Source: a virus
DNA: 64,000 nucleotides
Direction: 5' to 3' (one strand)
IMG/VR virus record: IMGVR_UViG_3300021197_001743
Coordinates: 1 to 64,000 of that record
A program made the position numbers and the translations under genes. This document shows, in pieces, positions 56,977 through 64,000 of this stretch. The notes beneath the pieces are model-generated. The model was not told the DNA's origin. It did not search any database and was given only the letters and a program-made list of their open reading frames with translations. How positions within the stretch are numbered: the stretch's first letter is position 1; each line of letters starts with the position of its first letter.

Positions 56977-58155
56977 ATGGCTATTTATACAACAGGTCTT
57001 CAAAGTGCAGGATCTTACCAAGCTTCCGGACGACCATTTATTGCCCGTAGGACAGTCTCCAAAGATGGACAAGTAAAGATTGAATTCCCATCAGTAACCA
57101 AGAGCATAACCATAAGAATCCCTTCTATATCAAATGCAGCCGCGAGGATGGAAAAGGTCGCAAGTTCGGATTACTTTTGGTTCACGACCCAAGAAGTCCT
57201 TAATAGCAGCCCACAGCTACCAGTTTTCGGGAGCTCATCTGCTGGTGCAATTCAGGATTGGACTATTGCCTTGTGGTACAAAGCTGATTCCTCAGGCGGA
57301 AACAACAAGCGACTAGTTAACTTATTCGGGACAACATCCTCGCCGCTTGGGAGGAGAGGAACAATTAGTAATACTAGCAATACGCAATTGACTTTTGAAC
57401 TATTCGACAACTCAAGCATCTCACTTGGTACCATTACGAAGACAGGCATTGCCAGTGTTGCTGATTGGAATCATATCTTGCTGACACAAAAAACCGGATC
57501 TACACACATGTATGTAAATGGTGTAGCAGGGTCTTCTACTGTCAGTCAGATAGGACAAGCGCAAGATATCCGAATCGGATGGAACGGTGGAAACAACCAA
57601 CCTCTAACGGCTAGTGTCGACGAAATGACTTTTTGGTATGATGGCATGGATGCAAACGAGGTTGCCGAATTGTACAATAACGGCGAATGGTTTAACCCGA
57701 GAACTCATACAAAAAATTCTGATATTAAATGCTGGTGGACCTTCGGCGATCATCATTTGGATGTATTGGGTTCCCCTGCCACAACAGGCACAGTCAAGCT
57801 AGACATCATTTATGATGTAATTGATGACACCGAAGAGAATCTAAACCTGACGAGATATTTGGATGCCGTAGATCAGAATTACGCAACAACAACAGGGCCA
57901 TTCACGAACGATTCCATTGGAAAATTGAGAATGCATCTGCTAAGCACAGGTTCTGCGAGCGGCGCTAATATATATGCCAACAAGCATTATTACGAACTTG
58001 GTGGATACAACTCGTCTATTAAATTACCAATGAAAACAAAAGAAATTTACTTATCTGCTGTTGACGCCGCTGTTACTTTTGAGATTATTGCTGAATTAAC
58101 TCACATAGCACCTGAGAGAATGTATGCTTTAACGGGCTCGGGGATCGATGAATAA
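56977..58155 (+). CDS. Paralog C with inserted LamG/ConA domain
   Basis: Same termini as B plus internal WTIALWYK, WNHILLT, MYVNG, VDEMTFW. Confidence 0.6.
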   Translation: MAIYTTGLQSAGSYQASGRPFIARRTVSKDGQVKIEFPSVTKSITIRIPSISNAAARMEKVASSDYFWFTTQEVLNSSPQLPVFGSSSAGAIQDWTIALWYKADSSGGNNKRLVNLFGTTSSPLGRRGTISNTSNTQLTFELFDNSSISLGTITKTGIASVADWNHILLTQKTGSTHMYVNGVAGSSTVSQIGQAQDIRIGWNGGNNQPLTASVDEMTFWYDGMDANEVAELYNNGEWFNPRTHTKNSDIKCWWTFGDHHLDVLGSPATTGTVKLDIIYDVIDDTEENLNLTRYLDAVDQNYATTTGPFTNDSIGKLRMHLLSTGSASGANIYANKHYYELGGYNSSIKLPMKTKEIYLSAVDAAVTFEIIAELTHIAPERMYALTGSGIDE

Positions 58156-60536
58156 TGGCAGAATTTGGATGGGCATATGTTGCTGGAGCGCTGGCGGGTG
58201 GAGTCTCTGGCTCTGTTCAGACAGCTACTCCGAGAATGGCACTAACGGGTAGTGATCGTTTAGTATTTGATCATAACACTGATGTGTTAAATCTTTCCGG
58301 ATCGTTGTACGTCTCTGGTAGTATCACTGCAAACCAATATAACGTTAATGTTATTAATGAAACAGTCACAAACTTAAGTGCCTCAGGTAATACGAGATTT
58401 GGAGACACTACTGACGACAGCCATATCTTTACTGGGAGCCTGTCGATTTCATCCTCAGCTAATCCAATTCAACTCTATGGCTTACAAACGCTTCCTGCAT
58501 CAAGCTCCGCTCACTTCCTCGCTCTTGATTCCAGCAACAATGTTGTTATAACGTCTTCTTTGCCTATTGATGATTATTCGAATGCTGGAGACAACAGGAT
58601 CATAACAAGTAAACACTCCACCGGTATACAGGGAGAAAACAATTTAACATTCAATGGAACAACTTTAAACCTCGCAGGTCACCTCACAGCAAGTGGAATG
58701 GTGTCGTCGTCGTTTGGGTATTTTGATGAAATTACTGGAAGTCGTGGGAGATTCTATTCATTGTCTGTTGGGACAGCGTCAGTTAATATAACCGGCCAAG
58801 GCATCACCGGAGCTCAGCTTATTACATCTGACTTCTTGGCTGGAACTCTCAACACTAGCATTCAAAACAACATTACATCTGTCGGTCCATTAAGTCAATT
58901 AACGGTGGCCGGCAATGCTTCTTTTGATACCGATACCTTATACATTGATTCAGAGGTCAACAGAATCGGCATAGGGACACAAATCCCGACAACGCCCTTA
59001 GAAGTCTTCAACAGCAACACACAATTAAGACTAACTAATTCGAAATATGTCTTCGGCATCTCGGAGGCGAAACATACAGATCTCTTAACTAACAACCAAG
59101 GAGACCTAGTTATAACACCGTCAAGTGGTAAATTAGGCATAGGAACCGCTTCACCGACTGCTAACCTAGATGTAATAGGGGATGCGAGAATAACAGGTGA
59201 TTTGACCATCTCTGGGACACTTAAAGCACAAACAACAGATTTTGTTGTCTCAGCTGATACAATGACTCTCGGCGATGAGATAACAGATACCGTCATAATT
59301 AATGCCGGAACAATCACGGCAACCAACGGGCTCAACTTTAATTCAGGTAAATTTGTTCTTGGCTCTGACGGCAACGTTGGAATAGGAACGAGCAATGCTG
59401 GTAGCCCTTTAGAGGTTAACTCTGGGCTTGCTCAAATAGCAATTGCAGACAATCCGGCAAACGCTGTTAAGTTTAAGGCCGAGGAAAGCGGAGATTTCCG
59501 CATACTTGTTGCTGGAGATGATACGACATTAGAGTCTCACTTGACTATCTCCGGCAATTTAAATGCCGGGCTGGACAGCAATAGTGTTTCAAACATTAGT
59601 GGGACATTAAATGTTCTTACTAGGATTACTACTCCAGTGCTATCCGCTGATACTCTTACAGATGGACATGGGAGCCTATCTTCTGGTTCAATAAGTGGGT
59701 TCGATACAATCTCCGCAACCAGCATCATAGGAACCCTCACAACACCATCACAAGGCAATATAACTTCTTTGGGCACCCTTACTACTTTAAATGTCTCCGG
59801 AGACCTTGACGTTGATTCTGGCACCCTTCACGTTGACTCTGGCGCCGACCGAGTTGGTATTCGAAAAACAAATCCCCAAAGAACGCTCGAGGTTAAAGAT
59901 ACCGAGAAGCAATTACGCTTAACATATTCTGATTATGTATTCGGAATATCAGCTGACGTCAACACTGACATAGGAGTGAACTCAAGCGGATACTTGTCCA
60001 TAGTACCATCCGGAGCGAGAGTTGGGATTGCAACAGATAATCCAACTAAAACTCTGGAGGTCAATGGAGACGGACAGTTCAATGGAGATGTACATGTAAG
60101 CGGTACTCTATTTGCTGAACAAGTAAAAGTAACCCTAACAGAGGTACAAGTAGTTCACCTCTCTTCAACCGGATCTACATCATTTGGTGATACCTCGGAC
60201 GATATCCACACGTTTAAAGGTACAGTTGTGTATACCGGAGGGGTAGTTTATAATAGAAAGTCAATCTCGAGCAACTACTCCATGACCTCTGAGGACTATC
60301 TAATAGGAATTAGAGCAAATCAAAACACCACAATTACATTGCCATCGGCTTCATCTCTACTAGAGGGGCAATCATTTATAATCAAGGACGAACTAGGAAC
60401 AGCCTTAGAACAGTCTTTAATAGTACAAGCTTCTCCCGGCGATACTATTGATGGTCTCGCTAGTATTACTATTCCTAGCCCGCACACATCTTTTAATTTA
60501 TATACCGACGGATCGGGCGCTTTCTTCATTTTATAA
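58155..60536 (+). CDS. Fibre protein with GIGT..P...LEV repeats
   Basis: Repeated RIGIGT/NVGIGT..P..L(E/D)V units, FGDT.DD.H.F.G twice, C-terminal ITLP...IIKDE domain. Confidence 0.65.
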   Translation: MAEFGWAYVAGALAGGVSGSVQTATPRMALTGSDRLVFDHNTDVLNLSGSLYVSGSITANQYNVNVINETVTNLSASGNTRFGDTTDDSHIFTGSLSISSSANPIQLYGLQTLPASSSAHFLALDSSNNVVITSSLPIDDYSNAGDNRIITSKHSTGIQGENNLTFNGTTLNLAGHLTASGMVSSSFGYFDEITGSRGRFYSLSVGTASVNITGQGITGAQLITSDFLAGTLNTSIQNNITSVGPLSQLTVAGNASFDTDTLYIDSEVNRIGIGTQIPTTPLEVFNSNTQLRLTNSKYVFGISEAKHTDLLTNNQGDLVITPSSGKLGIGTASPTANLDVIGDARITGDLTISGTLKAQTTDFVVSADTMTLGDEITDTVIINAGTITATNGLNFNSGKFVLGSDGNVGIGTSNAGSPLEVNSGLAQIAIADNPANAVKFKAEESGDFRILVAGDDTTLESHLTISGNLNAGLDSNSVSNISGTLNVLTRITTPVLSADTLTDGHGSLSSGSISGFDTISATSIIGTLTTPSQGNITSLGTLTTLNVSGDLDVDSGTLHVDSGADRVGIRKTNPQRTLEVKDTEKQLRLTYSDYVFGISADVNTDIGVNSSGYLSIVPSGARVGIATDNPTKTLEVNGDGQFNGDVHVSGTLFAEQVKVTLTEVQVVHLSSTGSTSFGDTSDDIHTFKGTVVYTGGVVYNRKSISSNYSMTSEDYLIGIRANQNTTITLPSASSLLEGQSFIIKDELGTALEQSLIVQASPGDTIDGLASITIPSPHTSFNLYTDGSGAFFIL

Positions 60537-60646
60537 TTTGTGATTTGTCTATAGTTCCCGTGTATAGGGAAACAAAAAAAAATGCAACGTATAGAGCTTC
60601 ATTTCTAATCTTGCTGTTTTTCTTTTGCTTTTTCTGAATTTGGCCC

Positions 60647-60712
60647 ATAGTTATGAGTGCGAATGGACTGAGGTTTCGAACCTTTGTGCTGTTCGCATGT
60701 ACACACGTACAT
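60647..60712 (+). promoter_or_regulatory. Candidate late promoter (ATAGTTAT) followed by two RNA hairpins in the 5'UTR
   Basis: Hairpin 60658-60697 (~17 pairs including G-U) and ATGTAC-ACAC-GTACAT at 60697-60712. Confidence 0.5.
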
Positions 60713-60747
60713 TTAAAACATAAAATTATTTCGTGGAGGAAATATAT

Positions 60748-63612
60748 ATGTCTAAATTATTTATTGGAAAAACCAAGCTTGATTCTCAAGCAAAAGGTTT
60801 TGATATGGCGGATATGGACGGTGAGCTCAATCTTGATCCATCTAAAATTACCGCTGATAAGGTTCTTGGCGCTGGTGAGCAACCGGCTGAAAATGGCCAC
60901 AAGCTAGTTAAAGAAGGTGCTCTTGAAGATGAGAAATCTCGTGCTCTTGCTGCCGAAGCTGCTATTCAAGCAGATGTTGACCAAAATGAAGCTGATGCTG
61001 ATGCTGCAATCGCTGCACTTCAAGCTGACGTAGATCAAAATGAATCTGATGCTGATGCTGGTCTTGCTGCAGCAGGTGTTGCTCGTGCAGCAATTCAAGC
61101 AGATGTTGATCAAAATGAAGCTGATGCTGATGCTGCTATGGCTGCTGAGATTGCTCGTGCTTCTGCTGCTGAAGCTGCCATTCAAGCTGACGTAGATCAG
61201 AATGAATCTGATGCTGACGCATCTTTCGTGGCTGCTACTGCAGATCGCGCTGCTGTTCGTTCTGAATTTGCTGCTGCTGATTTGGCTGCTAAAACTGCAT
61301 ATGAAGCTGCTGACGCTGCAATCATTGCAACTGCTGACGCTCTTGCTACCACAGTAACTAACAACGCTGCTGCTGACTTGGCTGCTCGTGCAACAATTCA
61401 AGCTGATGTTGATGCAAATGAAGCTGCTGCTTTAGCTGCTCGCACTGCTATTCAATCTGATGTAGATGCTAACGAAGCTGCTGCACTTGCTGGTCGTAAT
61501 CTTCTTGGTGATGCTATCGATGCTGAAGAGACTCGTGCTCTTGCTGCTGAAGGTGCTATTCAAGCTGATGTAGATGCTAATGAAGCTGCTGCACTTGCTG
61601 GTCGTAATGCTATTCAAGCTGACGTTGACCAAAACGAAGCTGATGCTGATGCATCTTTCGCTGCTATGGATGTTGCATACAAAGCTGCTGATGCTGCAAT
61701 CATTGTAACTGCTGACGCTCTTGCTGCTACAGTATCTGCTATGGACACTGCGTACAAAGCTGCTGATACTGCTGCTGCTACAGATCGTGCTGCTGTTCGT
61801 TCTGAATTCGCTGCTGCTGACACTGCTTTGGAATTATCCTTATTGGGTGATTGTGCTGCTGATTATGACACTCTTGGTAAACTTGAAGACAAAATTCAAG
61901 TTGAAGAAGGTCGTGTTGATGCTATCTTGCTTGCTGCTGATGCAGACAAAGATTCATTCGCAGAAATCGTAACTTTGATCAACTCTGTTGACACTGAAAA
62001 CGACAATGCACTTGCTGCTGTTATTTCAGATCTTAATACTGAAATCGCTGCAACTAATGCAGACATTTCTGCTGCTGCTACAGATCGTGCTGCTGTTCGT
62101 TCTGAATTTGCTGCTGCTGATGCTGCTTTAGAATTGGCTGTTCGTAAAGGTTCTAACGGTGTTTCTTTCGCTGGTTCAATGGCTGATCTTGATGATGCTA
62201 TTATAGCTGCTGATGATGCTCGTGTTGCTGGTGATGCTGCTGAGCAAGCTCGCGCTTTAGCTGCTGAAGCTGCTATCCAAGCTGATGTAGATCAAAATGA
62301 AGCTGATGCTGACGCATCTTTCGCTGCTATGGATCTTGCATACAAAGCTGCTGACACTGCAATCATTGCAACTGCTGACGCTCTTGCTGCTTCTTTGGCT
62401 ACTGAAATCACTAATCGTGCTGCTGACGTTGACGCAGAAGAAGCTCGTGCTTTAGCTGCTGAAGCTGCTATTCAAGCTGATGTAGATCAAAATGAATCTG
62501 ATGCTGATGCATCTTTCGCTGCTGCTGGTGTTGCTCGTGCAGCAATTCAATCAGATGTTGATGCTAACGAAGCTGCTGCTTTGGCTGGCCGTATTGCTAT
62601 TCAAGCAGACGTTGATGCAAATGAAGCTGCTGCTTTAGCTGCTCGCACTGCTATCCAAGCAGACGTTGATCAAAATGAAGCTGATGCTGATGCATCTTTC
62701 ACAGCTGCTGGTGTTGCTCGTGCAGCAATTCAAGCAGACGTTGATGCAAATGAAGCTGCTGCTTTAGCTGCTCGTAATCTTCTTGGTGATGCTCTAGATG
62801 CAGAAGAGACTCGTGCTCTTGCAGCTGAAGCTGCTATCCAAGCAGACGTTGATCAAAATGAAGCTGATGCTGACGCATCTTTCGCTGCTATGGATCTTGC
62901 ATACAAAGCTGCTGACACTGCAATCATTGCAACTGCTGATGCTCTTGCTGCTTCTTTAGCTACTGAGATCACTAATCGTGTTGCTGATGTTGATGCTGAA
63001 GAAGCTCGCGCTCTTGCTGCTGAAGCTGTGATTCAAGCTGATGTAAATGGTAAAGATGCTGCTCAAACTGCTGCTCTTGCTGCAGAAGCTACTACTGCTC
63101 GTGCTGCTGAAGTTGCTAACGCTGCTGCTGCTGCGGCTGCTCAAGCTACTGCTGACGCAATCGTTGCTGGTTCTGGTGTATCTCTAGATACTCTTATCGA
63201 GATCGTTGCTGCTTATGAATTGGCTGATACTTCAATCACTTCTTCTATCACTGCTCTTCAAGCTGATGTAGATGCAAACGAATTGGCTTCTGATAATGCT
63301 GAAACTGCTCTTGCAGCTAGCATTGATGATCTTGAAGCTGGTATGTTGCAATTTGCTTACTTGACTGAAGCTGATCACGCATCTACTCTTGCTAAGCCAT
63401 ATGTTGTTATCAACTCTGGTCTAGCAGGTAGAATGTATGTTCTTGCTGGTACAGCGGAAATGATGCAAAATGTTAAGAATGCTTCTGCTCTTTCTATCGA
63501 TATCGATGCTCCAGCTGGTTGTACATTCGAAAACGGTTCTGCTGTTCTTACAATGCACGAAGGTACTTCTGCAATGTTCGTTCTTTACGGTTCAACTGTT
63601 TATGTATACTAA
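60748..63612 (+). CDS. Ala/Asp-rich repeat coiled-coil fibre protein
   Basis: Repeats AAIQADVD(Q/A)NE and EE.RALAAE; LDTL.EI-type knobs; GGAGG RBS before ATG 60748. Confidence 0.65.
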   Translation: MSKLFIGKTKLDSQAKGFDMADMDGELNLDPSKITADKVLGAGEQPAENGHKLVKEGALEDEKSRALAAEAAIQADVDQNEADADAAIAALQADVDQNESDADAGLAAAGVARAAIQADVDQNEADADAAMAAEIARASAAEAAIQADVDQNESDADASFVAATADRAAVRSEFAAADLAAKTAYEAADAAIIATADALATTVTNNAAADLAARATIQADVDANEAAALAARTAIQSDVDANEAAALAGRNLLGDAIDAEETRALAAEGAIQADVDANEAAALAGRNAIQADVDQNEADADASFAAMDVAYKAADAAIIVTADALAATVSAMDTAYKAADTAAATDRAAVRSEFAAADTALELSLLGDCAADYDTLGKLEDKIQVEEGRVDAILLAADADKDSFAEIVTLINSVDTENDNALAAVISDLNTEIAATNADISAAATDRAAVRSEFAAADAALELAVRKGSNGVSFAGSMADLDDAIIAADDARVAGDAAEQARALAAEAAIQADVDQNEADADASFAAMDLAYKAADTAIIATADALAASLATEITNRAADVDAEEARALAAEAAIQADVDQNESDADASFAAAGVARAAIQSDVDANEAAALAGRIAIQADVDANEAAALAARTAIQADVDQNEADADASFTAAGVARAAIQADVDANEAAALAARNLLGDALDAEETRALAAEAAIQADVDQNEADADASFAAMDLAYKAADTAIIATADALAASLATEITNRVADVDAEEARALAAEAVIQADVNGKDAAQTAALAAEATTARAAEVANAAAAAAAQATADAIVAGSGVSLDTLIEIVAAYELADTSITSSITALQADVDANELASDNAETALAASIDDLEAGMLQFAYLTEADHASTLAKPYVVINSGLAGRMYVLAGTAEMMQNVKNASALSIDIDAPAGCTFENGSAVLTMHEGTSAMFVLYGSTVYVY

Positions 63613-63654
63613 TCACTAGTTGATTTTTATATCAGTATTCACAATACTATTCTT

Positions 63655-63688
63655 GGCCTCGGGGTTTTCCCCGAGGTCATTTTTATTT
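63655..63688 (+). terminator. Rho-independent terminator
   Basis: GGCCTCGGGG-TTTT-CCCCGAGGTC then ATTTTTATTT. Confidence 0.85.
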
Positions 63689-63747
63689 AATGCCTCTAGT
63701 GAAGAGCACTATTCAAAATTGGATTTTACCTTTTCTTAATAAGAGCA

Positions 63748-63755
63748 CTATTTAT
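63748..63755 (+). promoter_or_regulatory. candidate late promoter CTATTTAT
   Basis: Intergenic, followed by AGGAG RBS and ATG 63788. Confidence 0.5.
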
Positions 63756-63787
63756 AAAGAATAAAAGTATTTCTAGGAGATGAATGA

Positions 63788-64000
63788 ATGTCGAGCATGT
63801 TAGAACAAGCCATCATCGATGCAGCCGCATTACGAGAGGCAGCATTAAAGAACGCCGAACAATCGCTAATTGAAAAATATGCGCCACAAATCAAAGAGGC
63901 TGTTGAGGCCATGCTCGAAAATGAAGAATCTCCTCGGATGAAATACGAAGGAAGATTAGTCAGTGTTGTTCACGAGGCAGATGATCAAGGCAACGTTACA
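63788..64000 (+). CDS. Probable prohead scaffold protein, N-terminus (truncated by window)
   Basis: Manual translation MSSMLEQAIIDAAALREAALKNAEQSLIEKYAPQIKEAVEAMLENEE; head-module position. Confidence 0.55.
   Translation, partial: MSSMLEQAIIDAAALREAALKNAEQSLIEKYAPQIKEAVEAMLENEESPRMKYEGRLVSVVHEADDQGNVT

Noticed and set aside
60537-60747. tRNA or riboswitch in the long intergenic gap
   Set aside because: No cloverleaf or recognisable aptamer by eye; kept only as a structured UTR.
56117-63612. Diversity-generating retroelement
   Set aside because: No reverse transcriptase here, and repeat differences are not adenine-specific.
1-64000. Minus-strand and nested short ORFs in the ORF track
   Set aside because: All overlap longer + strand genes that have RBSs and recognisable motifs; they are shadow ORFs.
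1-64000. Alternative genetic code (TAG/TGA reassignment as in some large phages)
   Set aside because: Coding density is near complete in code 11, and TAG (4016, 33072, 34192, 35374) and TGA end genes at sensible boundaries.

Overview
A gene-dense segment of a large T4-like (myovirus-type) bacteriophage genome, probably an uncultured environmental phage. All credible genes are on the + strand and use the standard code. In order: a 2OG-Fe(II) oxygenase and a GT2 glycosyltransferase; a gp55-like late sigma factor; a ~33 kb baseplate/tail module (M15 peptidase, gp5-like spike, 2295-aa protein, gp25, gp6, LamG wedge proteins); sigma70-driven DNA-metabolism genes (RuvC-like resolvase, primase, fused SbcD-SbcC, two nucleotidyltransferases, Smr); a lysis-like membrane cluster; and the head module (terminase, portal, gp21 protease, ribosomal protein bS21, decoration/fibre proteins, start of the probable scaffold). 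The most striking signal is a family of at least 10 otherwise dissimilar small genes that share a ~15-22 aa N-terminal leader (MK[IL]TxxxLKx[ILM]IxE[EAT]...). The leader is near-identical at DNA level between neighbours and ends in gp21-type cleavage motifs, which suggests a modular capsid-targeting 'cargo cassette' system. Other signals: apparent avoidance of CCWGG, enrichment of [ST]-G-S in virion proteins, a candidate late promoter CTAnTTA, and a structured 5'UTR on a strongly codon-biased Ala/Asp repeat fibre. All calls come from motif reading by eye; no database searches were run.
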